DNA of 64,000 nucleotides from Prorocentrum cordatum (lineage: Eukaryota): positions 1 to 64,000 of the forward strand of contig CAUYUJ010000225.1 of assembly GCA_963575745.1 (NCBI GenBank), given 5' to 3'. Made by a program: the position numbers and the translations under genes. The notes below the pieces were generated by a model that saw only the letters and a program-made list of their open reading frames with translations, was not told where the DNA came from and did no database searches. Positions 12,236-28,690 of the stretch are shown here, one piece after another (positions within the stretch are counted from its first letter, which is position 1; each line of letters begins with the position of its first letter).

Positions 12236-13280
12236 ATGGAGCGCGAGGGCTTTCGGAAAGTCGAGATCGCCGAGATGTGGAAGAGCGTGCTGGCCCAAGG
12301 GTACGAGCGCCGAGTTCACGCGGTGGCGCCCGTGGACGCGGGGGAGATGCAGATCGCGATGCAGCTCATGGCCAGGAGGCGTGGTGAGGGTGTCCCGCGA
12401 CAGCTGGACTTCTGCGGATGGTGCATCGTGGAGCTGGATGGCCCACTCCAGCCCTACACCGCGGCGGCTTCAGCACTGGGCGCAGAGGCCGTCGCGCACC
12501 CGTTAGAGGCCCGGACTTCGCGCGGGGGCCCGACACCGAGCAGGCAGACGGACAGCCAGGTGATGGGCGTGTCCCCTCGCGGGGGCCGTCGGGGGGAGTG
12601 CGCAGGCGGCAGGAGCTCGGGAGGTGCTTGGGCGCGGTGGGGGCCTCGTGGGTGCTGCTGGACATGCTCCAGGCCATCGGGTGTCGGAGACAGTGGAGCT
12701 CCTGGGGAGAGCTCGAGAGGAGGCGGACAGCACGACATGTGCAGAGGCGGGCGACCCAGTGGCGCGGCGGAAGGCGCGGCTGCCGGCAGCCGAGGAGTGC
12801 AAACGGCCCGCTGCGGGGTGCCTGGGGCGAGGAGCCGAGGTGCCACCGCCGCCCATCCCACTCGCAGCGGGGATGTGGAAGGCGCAGGGGGTCCCCAGAG
12901 CATGTCGTGTTCCGGAGGACGGGGAGCTGGCGGTGGACCCACGGGCCGCCACGAAGAAGCGTGCCAGGTCAGAAGGACCGCCTGACCTTCTGCCGAGATC
13001 TGTGGGCCACTGGCACCCTCGCGGCAGGGGCACCAGAGTCCAGGTCTACGGCACGAGCGGGCCGTCGCCGGCGCCCCGTCTAGAAGGCGAAGGGCAGCCC
13101 GAGGTGCAACTGGTGCTGGACGCGAAGGGGTCCCCCTGCCGGGGGCGCGAGGGCTGCTGGCCGAGGAGGTCTGGATGCTGCTAGGAGGCACTTGGGATCG
13201 GTGGGAGAGCCAGGTCGCGGCGATGGGCACCTCAGACGCGCTGAAGGGGGCGCTGGGGGCCCTCCCCGCCGAGAGCGGCA
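12236..13280 (+). pseudogene. Post-RNase H region of the pol ORF, possible second MTase-like domain
   Basis: MEREGFRKVEIAEMW... continues with frameshifts through WVLLDM, RRRTARH, VYGTSGPSP...QLVLDA and LLAEEVWMLLGG (motif IX-like). Heavily degenerate. Confidence 0.35.
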
Positions 13281-13731
13281 GCGGAGGCGCTGCCGGCGGC
13301 TCTCGTGCAGGCAGACCCGGAGCACGCGGCTGGAGGAGGCAGGCCGAGGAGCGCGGGGATCTGCCGTCGGCCAGAGGACGACACGAGGAGGGCGGAGGTG
13401 CGCTCGTGGCTGCAGGGGGTCCACGCCCAGGATCGTGTGGGAGGCACGCGGCACGCTGGGCCCCGATGAGGGGAGTGTGGCACCAGTCCCGCAGCAGCCG
13501 TGCCACAACCCTGCATGCGGGCACGCGGCGCACCGGCGCACAGCAGTTCAGGGCCTGAGGAGGTCTGGCCAGGATATTGCTGCAACGCGTGTTACGGCAA
13601 GCACGCGGACCAGGAATGGGTCGGACCCACCAAGAAGCACCACCGACACTGCGAGCGCGGTGCTAGTGGGGTAGAACCCCAAGTGGCGACTGAAGGAGAG
13701 GAGAAGCTGGAGGCCCGGCACACAAGAGGAA

Positions 13732-16949
<3,218 letters not shown>

Positions 16950-19329
16950 ACAAGAAGAAACGCGGAGGAGGTGGAGGTGGCCTTCGGCCGCCAAGTGGAG
17001 TAAACACCGTCCAGCGTTTCGTACACAAAAAGGAAGGGAACGAGTGGGTACCACAGGAGGAGTCCGAGGCCCCGGGGATCGACTCCATGATGCCTCCCCA
17101 GACGTGCTCCTAGCGCTGCCTGGCGAGGAGGGGCGGCTGAGGGAGCAAGAGATGCAGGAGAGACTACGCCCACCCCTCCGTGAGGGTGGGCCTGCGCACA
17201 ACGGCTGAAGAAGCCCCGCTCCTCCATCTGCAAGAGCGTTACCACCATCGGTAGCTGCCCCGAGGATGTAGAGGATCGTCGGAGGAACGGTGGGCGCAGG
17301 CGCAGAAGGATGAGGCCACGGAAAGGGCGCGAGCCTTGAGGGGCAAGAAGAAGGCTAGAGACTCGCCGATCATCAGGCTGCGGGTCAAGAGGCTTCTGGT
17401 CAAAATCTGGTGGCGAGCGAGGGGGCGGAAATAAGAAGGAGAAGGCCTTTTTTCAGAATGCGGCGGGACTTCTCAGAAGCCCCCGCGTCTTCTGCGAACT
17501 TTTCTGAGTGTGCCTTCGGGGAAGGCTCAAGGAACTTCTCAGAAGGCTGGGGGACTTCCGAGCCGAAAGCCCGCCCCTTCTCACTTCCCCACTCTCCAGT
17601 GGCCGGACAAAAAGTGTCCACACCCATGGCGGTAAGGCGAGGCAACATGATGACAACCACAACTGGGAAATGCCCTTGCTTCGCCCCCCCCCCCCCCGAA
17701 ATCAAAGTTGAAGTGTCCACATTTTGCCCCTGGCCTGCGGCCTACCGCGCACACCCGTCAACTTTGAACTTGTGGGAGGGGGGATACTTTCTGGTCCGAC
17801 GTGCTTTGATAACTCAAGGTCTTGGCGAGACTTTTTTGGGTCTGCGGGTCGAGAACGAGCCTCTTCCGGTTAAGAGCTAGGCGGGTCGCGCAAAACACTA
17901 CTTGGGGAGACAGAGCACAGGCGGGCGAGGCCTCAGGCGGCCGGAGGGCGCGGGGTGCAGGCGGTGCTGAGGAGCTTGCACAGGAAAAGGAGCGCCTTGG
18001 ACAGGAGCTGGAGGCGAAGTCCTGGAGGGTGAGCGGTGTGGTGTTGCCGTCGAAAGGTCTTGGCGAGACACGTGTGGACACATTTAGTCCACCCACCGTC
18101 GCTCGCCGCCGAAGAATAGTGACCACGGACGACGAGGCGGCCCCCCAGCGAGGCCGAGCCAGGCGCTCGGGCGCCCGAGGAACGCGCGCGGGGCCGGAGG
18201 CCCTCCGCCCGGGGCGAGACGGGGCTCGGAGCTCGGGCGCGCGGGGTAATCGCGGGCGGCGAAGTCGGGCGACGGCGAGTGGCCTTACAGCCGAAAGTAT
18301 GAGCAAGAAAATCATCACGTAAGAAACCTGGGCCAGCGTTCCAGAAATTTCTCAAGACAAACCTGGCCAAGTGATTGCGTCAACGCTGGAGGGGCGAACG
18401 CGCTAAAGAAACTGAGCAGGCTTTCCAGCAAGTTGGCCAAGCAACGCTGGCACAACTTTTCTGTTGGAGGTTTCTTAATCATATGCTCGACCGTACCTGG
18501 TGAGGAGGGGTTTGCCTAAGACGAAGCCAGGACCAGGATAAACTCGAGTGAGGATGCATGGGGAATCTCTGAAATCCAGCAGCTCTGGGCAATGTCTCGG
18601 GTGCCGCGGCCTTCTCGGAGCGCTCCGGAGCGCTCTGAGAGCATTCCGGAGCGCCGTAGGACGGATTTGTCCTCGTCCTAGCCCCGTCCCATCGCCACCG
18701 CCCCGTATACTGAGAACAGCCCAGCGAGGCAGAGGAGGAGCCGCGGCTGCAGCGGGCGCCAGGGGGGAGGGGGGGCTGGACCAGAGGAGTGAGGTGGAGG
18801 AGCCAAGGGAGAGGCCAACCCAGGGCGGACCGTGGCGAGAGGAGCTGCACCGGAAGGAGCTGCCGTCTCCGAGCCCCCGTGCGCGAACCCTTGCCCGAGC
18901 CGACGCGGGCACGTGCGCGCTCGCCCGGTTCGGGCCCGGAGGTGAAGGAGCCCCGGGCGAGCACGTGGCCCCGAGCCCGTCGAGGGAGGCGTCGGTGGAG
19001 CTCGACCGGGGCGCGGGCGCGATCGACGACGGGGGTCCACGACGCCTCCGGCACCGAGTTCGCGGAGGAGGCGCCCCACGGAGAAAAAACAGGCCCGAGG
19101 GACCGCGAGTGCCCGAGGGACCGAGGCCTCTGCCAGGATGAAGCCAGAGGGGCCCGAGGAGGCACGTCGGGGCGGTGGGCCCAGAGGGTGCCCATGGCGC
19201 TGGTCGCCTTGCGGCAGCGGGCAGCCAGCAGCCGAGGATCGGTTTGGCTGGGCACGTCCAGAGAGCGGCGAAGGCTGCGAGGCGAGCAGGGGCGATCGGG
19301 CAGACTAAGGACGCGGGCGAGCTGCGGGA

Positions 19330-20335
19330 TGTGGGCCAACAAGCGGTGCTGGCATCGGTGGCAAAGGGCACCAAGGGCAGCTACAGTTTCGCATGGCAGC
19401 AGTGGGACGCCGTTTGTCGCATTCGCTGGGGGAGCCCCTTCGTGGACGGCCAGACCAATGAGGAGAAGAGCGAGGATGAGTAGGAGCTGATGCTGTTCGT
19501 GGTGCTTCCCTGGAACAAGCTCCATCGCGCGCACGGCACGGTCCGCACGAAGTTGCTGGGAGTGAGGGCCCAGCCTGCTGCTGGGCAAACCAAGGTTCTG
19601 GATGGCGTCCAACAAGATCGAGAGGCCGCAGGGTCCCAGCGCGCGCAAGTTGCCAGTCACCGTCAGGATGCTTGAGAACATCAGACGGCGGCTGAGACCC
19701 GAGGCGGACCCGGACGACGCGGTGCTCACTACCTGATCATCACAGCCTTCGTTTAGTTCCTGGTGCGAATGGGAGAGTATGCCTACGCGGGCTACTGGGA
19801 CCGCAAGCAGGTGTTGGCGGGCTTGGACGTGGCAGCGACAGCGAAGGGCGGACCAGCGCCTCACCTCGCCCAGTCGGACGAAGTGGTGCTGTGGTTTTAA
19901 GGCAACGAGGCGGACCAGGTCGGCGCGGGGTTGGCCAGGAACCACTGCGGGCAGGAGGCGAGAGAGATCTGTTCGGCGTGGGCTGCTGAGCAGTACCTTA
20001 GGCATTCTCTGGCGAGGATGGGAGAAGGCAAAGAGGCACACCTCCCGTTGGAGCAGTGGTCGAACGGCAGCCCAGTGTCGAGGCAGAGGATCCAGGAGGA
20101 GCTGCAGCGGGCGGCGTTGGCGGAAGGTCACCTGGCGTCGCAGTTCGGCTCCCACTCGTTGAGGATTGGAGGAGCCACGGCGTTGCACCATCACTACGGA
20201 GACACCGAGGTGGTGAAGAGGTGGGGAAGGTGGAACAACCGCGCTTTCCACGGGTACCTGTGAGAGGCCCCCGAGGCGGCCCGAGGAGTGCCCACTGCGA
20301 TGGCCGCGTCGGTGTCCACCCTCCACGTGGGCAGC
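19330..20335 (+). pseudogene. Tyrosine recombinase of the DIRS-like element
   Basis: N-terminal SVAKGTKGSYSFAWQQW; catalytic region FLVRMGEY, ADQVGAG, GSHSLRIGGATAL, VKRWGRW...FHGYL; several stops and frameshifts. Confidence 0.9.
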
Positions 20336-20467
20336 GACACGGCGAAGCGGAGGGCCCGCAAGGGGGGAAAGCCCAGGGAAGGCCGGGCAGGAGGCCGAGG
20401 GCAAGAGGAGCTGTTTGGGAGCGAGGAGGCGGGCCTCGAGGAGGCCGCCGGCGTGCGGCGGCGGGGT

Positions 20468-20625
20468 GGCATCAAAGCGCACCTGATTTGCCTCGCCCCA
20501 CGCGTGCAGAGAATCCGGACGATTCTGACCGAGCGCAAAAGTATCATCATCGGCAACGTCGCAAGCAACGGCCCTCCAGGCATTCAAATCGTCCGCGTAC
20601 AACACCTCCTCGAAGCGGGCACGCG
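20468..20625 (-). pseudogene. Short LINE reverse transcriptase fragment
   Basis: FEEVLYADDLNAWR...LHAWGEANQVRFDA (YADD motif plus the downstream W...N...F motif of non-LTR RTs). Confidence 0.75.
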
Positions 20626-22198
20626 GAGGGGGTCGGCGGGCGACCGGCCGCGTGCGGCGGCGCCCGGGCGGGCGGGAGAGGCGTCGGGCTCCCCCGCTTG
20701 CGGAGCGGCCCCCGCGCCGACGGCAGGCGCGAGCCGCTCCGGCGAGGCTCCGCGGCGCGGGCTCCGAGGCGGCGCGGAGGGCAGCTCGGCGGCGGGCCCG
20801 CGGGCGGCGGGGCGCGCCGAGGGGAGCGGGCCGTCGGCCTCGGGGAGCTGGGCGGGCGGGGGCCCGCAGGGGGGAGGCTGGCCGAGAGGAGGGAAGGGAG
20901 CGCAACAGAGGCGGGGGGGGGGGGGGCGCCGGTGCGGCCCCCGGGCAGGCGGCGTCGCGGGTGAGCGGGCTGCGGGCCGCCGTGGGGGGCACAAGGGCTC
21001 GGCGGCGAGCGCGGGGGGGAAGCGAGGAGGGGCGGGTCTTCTCGGCAGGCTCGGGGAGCCCCCTGGCCCCGTTGAGAAGTTTCCTTTGAGCTTCCCCGGA
21101 GACGAGCACGAAGCTCTTCAGAGGGCGCGCGAGGACTTCTGAGAAGTCTCGCCGCCTTCTGAGGAGGCCGTCTCCTCGTCACTTCCCCCCTCGTCGCTCG
21201 CCGCCGATTGGCCTGCCCGGCCAGCGGGCAGGCCCGCGGAGCGCGAGGCTCGCCCGATCTCCGCGGGCGGGCCACGGGCGACGCTCTGCGGCGTCGGCCA
21301 AGAGTGGGCCGGTCATTGTCGCGCGGCGCGTCGCAGTTTTCGTTGCGTGCCGCGTTGCGGTTGCGCGCGCCTCCAGCGCTCTTCAGACGAAGCCGAGTCC
21401 GCCCAAAATCGATCCCCAATCCCCTTCCAGGATCCATCCGGAGCAATGCTCACCCCAATGTCTGACGGCCCCGTGGCCTGAAAACGGCCCCGGGAAGCAA
21501 AACCTTTCTGAACCCAGCACCTCGAAGCCCTCCCTTCCAGCTGGCCAGAACTACTGCATGCTCGACCAGATCAGACCCCTAGCCGGCTCCAAGGAATCTG
21601 GCCGTCGCAAGGAGGAAGTGCGCCGCCAGTATATGTCCATGTCCACTGCCGCGGGGTCGTGCCCTTCTGACTCGCAAGCCAGTGCCCGCTCAAGCGGGCG
21701 GGCAGATATCCACATCCACGACTCCTCGAGATCCCAGGGGCACGACTCCGAAGCGGTCGATGTGGACTTTTTCTGGCGGGGGAGGAAGGTCGGCGGTGAG
21801 CCCGCGAGGGCAGTGAGAAGGAGCTGGCCTCCTCAGAAGGCTCGGAAGCCCCAAGCTGAAGGGGCCCAAGGACACACAAATAAATACACACAAATAACAC
21901 TATTCCCCATATTTTCCCATATTTTCTGGGTTTCTGTCTTCCCGCCCACTGCCCATATTTTCCTATATTTTCTGGGGAATCCAGGATTAATTGTGTCTGT
22001 GTGTTTCTTTTCCTCCTGACAAGCCTTCCGAGAAGTTTCCTGGGCCTTCCCCGACGGCGCGGAACACTCCTCGGAGGCCGCGAGGGCTTCGAAAGATGCC
22101 CTCGCGGCCCTCTGAGAAGGTCTGCCCCCTCTCGCTTCCCCCCCGGGGCGGTGCCGCCGAGAAAGGATGCCTATAGAGTAAGAAAAACTGCGTTGATA

Positions 22199-22374
22199 CA
22201 GTCGGGGCCTTGACCAAAGGAACCCAAAATAAGGAACGAGGCCCCTTTTTTCCATGAGTGAAACTTCGATTTCCGATCGAAAACATAAGGAACACCTGAG
22301 GCAAGCTGCGGAACACTCAAGGAACGCGGAGCCCCTCCCCAACGAAAAGGGCTCCTTCTTCAGGGCCCCGACTG
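22199..22374. mobile_element. MITE family 1, copy b
   Basis: TA-CAGTCGGGGCC...GGCCCCGACTG-TA, 11-bp perfect TIR with TA target-site duplication; homologous to 7832-8005. Confidence 0.9.
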
Positions 22375-22994
22375 TATCAACTTTTGGAGGTCCGCGCGGG
22401 CTTCTTGGACTCGCGCTGAGCGCCCCTCCCTGGAGCGCACCGCGCGCTGGGGGCGGCACCGGGAGCGCCGCCACGGGACTCTAGCGCCGACCTAAGCAAT
22501 CTGCGCGGACCTCCGGGCGCGCCGTCGAGGAAGGGCTGGGCCTGGAGGAGATGGAGGACGTCCCCCTCCTCCTCCTCGTCCTCCGAGTCCTCCTCCTCCT
22601 CCTCCTCCTCCTCCTCCTCACTTCCTCCCTCCTCCTCCTCCCTTCCCGCCTCAGGATCAGCAAGCCGGGGGCGCAACAAGCCGGTACCTGAGCGTTGACG
22701 ACCGGGCGACTCTCTTTCCTTTCCTCCTTGGCGAGGACCATCATAGGCCTCAGCCACTCCGGTGGGGACCATCATAGGGCCCACCCCCTCGGCAGCTGCC
22801 ATCACAAGGGCTGCCGGGGGTCCCGCTCCCATTCTTGACACTGTCACCTTACGGCGCCATTGCCAGTGGAGGGGGCCGAGGCTCTCCCTACGATCCCCCA
22901 GCCAACGAAAAAGGCCGGTGGGAGGGTGCCAGCGTACCTCCACTCAGACCTTCAAGACCTTACGGCGCCAATTGCCACCATTCACTGTTTTCCT

Positions 22995-23255
22995 TCTCCC
23001 TCCTCCTCCTCCTCCCTCCTCCTCCTCCTCCTCCTCCTCCTCCTCCTTCTCCTCCCTCCTCCTCCTCCTCCTCCCTCCCTCCCTCCCTCCCTCCCTCCCT
23101 CCCTCCCTCCCTCCCTCCCTCCTCCTCTCCTCCTCCCCTCCTCCTCCTCCTCCTCCTCCTCCTCCTCCTCCCTCCTCCTCCTCCTCCTCTCCTCCTCTCC
23201 TCCTCCTCCTCCTCCTCCTCCTCCTCCTCCTCCTCCTCCTCCTCCTCCTCCTCCA
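22995..23255. repeat. (CCT)n/(CCCT)n microsatellite
   Basis: Directly visible. Confidence 0.95.
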
Positions 23256-23339
23256 CACTTCCTCCCTCCCCGGCATCGGCACGGGTGTCTTTTCCCCTGC
23301 CGAGGGCCGCCCGCGTGCTGGGGGGCAGCCCCGAGGCGG

Positions 23340-23415
23340 GGCGCCCCGGCGGCAGCAGCGCGGGCTCCCGGTCCGCGAGCACGCGGGCCGCGCACAGCGC
23401 CCACCACCACCACAT
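23340..23415 (-). CDS. Candidate first exon with signal-peptide-like start (MWWWWALCAARVLA-DREPALLPP)
   Basis: GCCGCCATG start context and a short hydrophobic leader ending in VLA; donor position uncertain. Confidence 0.3.
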
Positions 23416-24039
23416 GGCGGCTGCCGGCGTGGGCGCGCGCGCGCCGCCGTCGGTGGCAACGCACGGGAGCCTCGCATACCATTAGGGGAACGAAGAAATT
23501 GCAACGCGTTGGGAGCCTCGCATGGCGCCGGACCCCCCGCGCGCTCCGCGCGCCGAGGGGGGGGGGTCTGGCGCCGATCCGAGAAATCCGCGCGGACCTG
23601 CGAGTTTTTGTGTTTGTGTCACTCTTCGTTCCCCTAACCACCTTGCTGGCTCTTGCGAATCGACGCGAACAGACGATAACCGACGCTAGTCGATGCGAAG
23701 CCGACTCTAATCGACGCGAGTCGACCCTAAATCGGCGCCATCTCACCGAGTACCCAACGCTGGTCGACGCCAATGTCCGCCGGCCCCCTTGTGGGGCCAT
23801 CAGGCTGCGAGGATGAGGGTTGCAGTACCCTTCACCAGTTGCTGTCTCCAATATATCCTGCACCAGTTCCAGTTTCCAGTCTCCAATGTTACAGTCCTGC
23901 TCTCTGCTTCCTACTGTAAACTGATGCTGTCCGCGCGAGGGGGGGAGCCGAAAAGTGCCCTGGCTACCAACCCCCAAAAGGGTTCTCAGAATCACCCTCA
24001 GGAAGGGACACGTAAACACATAAAATCTCCACATCCGAG

Positions 24040-24630
24040 GCCAGGAGCCCTTGCAAATGTGCGCCAGATTCGCGCTGCCGAGGCCACTATCCCTGGCAAA
24101 TTGCTCGATGCTCGCGCTGCCGAACCTACAATCCCTTGCAAATAGCACCATGTTCGCGCTGCCGAGGCCACAATGCGTCGCAAATTGCGGTAGATTCGCG
24201 TTGCAGAGACAGAGCAATCCATCGCAATGTGCGCCATATTCGCGCTGCCAGGCCACAATCCCCCACAAATCGCACCATACTCGCGCCCCTTGCAATTTGC
24301 GCCATATTCCCGCTGCCGAGGCCACAATCCCTAGCAATTTTCGCTATATTCGCGCTTCCGAGGCTACAATCCCTTCCCAATTGCTCCATATTCGCGTTGC
24401 CGTCCCTTGTAACGCCACGATCCCTCGGAAATTGTACAATATTCGCGCTCTCGAGGCCACAATCCTTCGCACATTGCATCGTGTTCGCGTCCCCGAGGCC
24501 ACGATCGCTTGTAAATTACTCAGTGCTCGCGTCTCCGAGGCCACGAGCCCTTGACGATTACGCAATGGTCGCGTCTCCGAGGCCATGCTCATAAATTATG
24601 CCATGTTCGCGTCCCCGAAGCCACGTTCCT
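24040..24630 (+). repeat. ~40-bp minisatellite (attcgcgctgccgaggccacaatccc..gcaaattg)
   Basis: About 14 diverged tandem units. Confidence 0.9.
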
Positions 24631-25349
24631 TCGTAACATACGCAGAGGAACCCCAAGACCGTCCAAGCCGCGCGATTTTGCCCGACGTAGCCTAAGGCAG
24701 CCCACAATCGTTCCAAGTGGGCGGCCGATACACAGCACGAGGGGAAGTTCGCAAAAGGCAGCACAGAGTTCAAATCAATCATCTGGACATCAATTTGTCA
24801 TGAAGATCACCAATTGGCCCCGCACGAGGTTTCGATACTGCTTCACGACCTCGCCCAGACATCCCAACATGGCCCCTGCATATTCCATTATGATGTAGAG
24901 GGGACCGGCGGCAGAGAGCGAAACCCTTACGAATATTCTAAGGAAGGAACTGCGAGGGTACACGAGGCTCCCATGATTTGCTACCGAAAGCCGCCTGCGC
25001 TGGGCCACGGCCAAGCCCCTCGAGCCGCCGATGGAGCCAGCCGTCCAAGAGGTAGTTCTCTTATTTTGGCGGGTCATCCAGTTGGGCGGGGGGGGGGCCG
25101 GAGGCGCTGGCCGATGACCGCCCCAATCGGATAAGGAATCCTCCAGGGTCTGAAGCCTCCTGCGCACATTCCTTCACCAACACCCCCCCCGTACTGCGTA
25201 CTCCCTTCGGGCCTGCGGAGCCGACAAGGGCAGGTTGTCCAGGGGAGGGGGACAGGCGGGCCCGATCACCTGGGGTATCGCAGGAGCTTGAACAGATCTC
25301 CAACCCCAAGCGGTGCACGCGAGGCATGGCGCATGGTGCGATGGAGACT

Positions 25350-25620
25350 GAGGGTGAGTTAGTCTGAGTTTGAGCAAGTCTGAGAGTGATTGAGTTTGAG
25401 CGCGATTGTGCTTGAGTGTAAGCGAGTCTGAGTGGGATTGAAACTAAGCTTGAGTTAGTCTGCGTGAGTGAGTCTGTGTATGAGTGAGTCTTATTGAGAG
25501 AGATGAGCGGATCATGGTGTGAGTGAGTCTTGGTGTGAGTGGGCCTGGAAGTGAGTGAGTCTGAGTGTGAGTGAGTCCGAGTATGAGTGAATTAGTCTGA
25601 GTGTGAGTGAGTCTGAATGA
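25350..25620. repeat. Degenerate (GAGT/GTGA)n microsatellite
   Basis: Directly visible. Confidence 0.85.
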
Positions 25621-27096
25621 GGAAGAGAAAGAGGAGGTGAGATCTAGATGCGCCTAAGTAATAGCAATAACTACATCTCAAGATATGGGGGAATAGATCT
25701 GGGATGAGAAGCTGCCCACAGGGAAAGGGTCTTGAACATTCGGGCCGCTCATGTACAAAACACATCGACGCATGTCTGGGTATAACGTTTGTCGCCATGG
25801 ATGCTCGAAAACAATGCGAAACAATATGTTACAATGGAGCCCCAAAGGCCTCAACAAGGTTCTAAGACGCTTCAGGATAAGTCAGATAGTCTCCAAACCG
25901 GCCCCAAGATGGCCCCTAAGAGGCTCTCAAAGGCGTCCACTGCTAGCTTCCACAGTGAGCAACAGAAACTGGCATCTCATGTGTATCATGAGTTGTTTGC
26001 CTGACACTGTTTCGTTCCTAGGAGGTCCTTGTTTATGATTGCCCGAAGCTGGCTCCCAGAGACGCCAAGATCGCCCAAATTTGGCCCGAACAAGGCCCCA
26101 AGATGCCTCTAAGAGATCACGACATGTTCGGCAGAGGCCCCAAAATTGCCCCCCAGTCGGGCGCATGGAGGCCACCAGGGACCCCCAAAAGTCCGAATAT
26201 TGCCTAGCAAAGTCCCAAGACGGTCCAAATGATGTCATCCCCAAGTAGTTCTATGATGGCCCCAATAAGTGCCAACACGGCCCGAGAATGTGAACGAAGA
26301 AAACCCTCAGGCGAGCCCAAATGGGCCCAGCAACTGTTCCAACCCGCTGGTGTCGAAGCCTGCGACGCATCGGGCGACGCTGGCGGAAGAGGGAGGAACC
26401 CGGCAGAAGGATTATCATCTAACCTGGTGCGCTTCTTTTTGCGCGCAGCACTCGCAGCTAGGAGCGAATCAACCTAGGCACCTTCGCCATCTTGCGCAGA
26501 GTCGCCATTTGGAATTTTCCCTGGCCAAGCTGGAGGCCGTGACGCCAGAAGCGTCTGAAAAATTGGGGGCTGAATTCCCGGACGCGTCTGTCGGACTTGC
26601 TGGTGGGATGCCGAGATCCCTGCTGGAAGAAAACTTACTACACATACTGAAGCAGCAAAAGGGTGCATGATCTAACATTAGACGCAAAAGCTCGCGCGAA
26701 GATCGCGTGCGTCCGAGATCTCATGAATTGCAGAAGCGGCTGCTGCTATACCGCCGATCACCTGCAGGAGCCGACGCTGTAGTGATCGCGCGCGGCCCAT
26801 CCACAAGACACTACACTTTGTGTATGATAACCTGCATACTCACCTATGGGTAATTCAACCTAGTTCAAGGAAGCGAGGAAATGGAGGATAGCCCACGCGC
26901 TTGAAATATTGTTTGACTTGCCAAATGCACCCGTACGTATGACGGCGTGAGAATCCCCAGGACCGCCCAAGAGGCCTCCCAGGGACCCACAAGATGGCCT
27001 CACAGGAGGCCAAGACAACCCCAAGACGGCCCAAACGAATTCCAGGAGAGCTCCTCTAGCAGTGAAGACGAAACGTGCCACCTGTGACGGCATTCG

Positions 27097-27321
27097 TCTT
27101 CCTCCTCCTCCTCCTCCTCGTCTTCCTCCTCCTCCTCCTCTTCCTCCTCTTCCTCCTCCTCCTCCTCCTCATCCCCCTCATCCCCCTCATCAGCATCAAT
27201 GACGATTCATTAACAGCATCAATCTCATCCCCATCGTCATATTCATCATAACCCTCATCCTCCTCATCCCCATCCTCACCTTCAGCCTTATCCTCCTCCT
27301 CCTCCACCTCCTCACCATCGC

Positions 27322-27380
<59 letters not shown>
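27097..27380. repeat. (CCT)n/(CAT)n microsatellite
   Basis: Directly visible. Confidence 0.9.
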
Positions 27381-27530
27381 CCAGAACCCTGAGAACCCTC
27401 AGAACCCTCACCGCGGCTCCCTCAAACCTGCAAGCGCGAGGTGTCACACGTGACGGCCGCCCGTGCCCCCTCGAACAGTCGCCACCCAGAACCTGGGCTG
27501 ACACGGTGGCGGGGTTTGCCGCAGACAACT

Positions 27531-27569
<39 letters not shown>

Positions 27570-27999
27570 CATACATACATACATACATACATACACAAGA
27601 TTTTAAGGCTCGCTGCGCTTCGCCTTCTAATCTTGATCCTTGCACCTACGATGTTTCTGGGCGCGGGCGAGAACACAATTGTTCAATGAGGTGTGTGGGA
27701 ATTGTGCGAGCGGAGGCGAGGCGAGGCGAGTGCGCGGTAGCGCCCGGGGCGGGGCTCAGGGCGCAGCGTTGGTGGACGCTTGAGTGGAGGTGAAGGTGGA
27801 AACTCGGATGCCGGACGCTAGAGGTCGGAGTGCTGAGCTGATGGAGGCTGGAAGTCTATAGGTGGAAGTCCCACCAGCCCTTTAGGCTACGGTGGTATAG
27901 CGAGTTTGGTCTTCTCTCTCCCCCTTCCTTCCCCTGCTCGGGGGAGGGGTAACCTTCCCCTGGACCTGGAGGGGGGGGGGATGGAGGCGTTAGAGCGTC

Positions 28000-28690
28000 C
28001 AAGACGGCTCAAGATGGCTCCAAGAGGCGCTCCAAGTCGCAAGATGGCCTCCAAGATGGCCCAAGATACCTCAAGATGGGTCAAGATAGCCTCCGACACA
28101 CCTCCAAGAGTCCTCAAGACGGATCCAAGTGCCCTTCGAGCCCTCCACGGCGCCCTCCAAGAAGCCAGAACCCTTCAAAAGCCTAAGGAAAGTCAATGTG
28201 TTTGGCATTATCGTCTGTTCGCTTCCGATGGGCCCCTGAAGCATCAAGATGGCTCCAACATGGCCCAAGAGAGCCCCAAGAGGGGCCCAAGAAGGCCCAA
28301 GACGGCCCCAAGATCGCCCAAGAGACTTCCAAAGAGCGCTCCAACACGTCCCCAAAACGCCGTTTGAGAGCCTCCGAGGGGGGACCTAAATTGAGGACCC
28401 CCGCTCTTTTTGAACAATGGGGCCCAAGACGGCCCCGAGAGGCCTCCCAGCCTCTCCTGAATATTCTCCACCCCGCCCTTTTTGGCCCAAGATGGCTCCA
28501 AGAGAGCCCTAGATAACCCAAGATGGCCTCCAAAATGGCCCAAGATAGCCAAGCATGGCGCAAGATAGCCTCCGACAAATCGAGGCCTCAAGACAGCCTG
28601 AATATGGCCCGACATAGCCTAACATGGCTCAGAATAGCTCCCAACAGCCTCTAGCCGAGCATGGCTCAGGATAGCCTCCAACAGGCCTCG
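28000..28690 (+). repeat. Dispersed repeat family built of ~11-bp CCAAGA(T/C/G)GGC units
   Basis: Related tracts at ~6100-6190, 25840-26260, 26950-27050, 44550-45120 and 50440-50980 (+), and at 30320-30870 and 35680-35840 (-). Confidence 0.85.

Noticed and set aside
17410..18480. Possible DNA transposon (CACTA at ~17895, repeated AAGGTCTTGGCGAGAC and GTGTCCAC)
   Set aside because: No matching termini or target-site duplication could be defined by eye.
18479..21109. 876-aa minus-strand ORF
   Set aside because: It is the antisense shadow of the GC-rich YR region; only the short YADD fragment at 20468-20625 looks real.
24040..24630. CRISPR-like appearance of short repeats (also 33638-34120)
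   Set aside because: The intervening sequences are themselves homologous and there are no cas genes; these are minisatellites.
26269..26670. 133-aa ORF with some protein-like composition
   Set aside because: It has no recognisable motif or splice context and is embedded in repeats.
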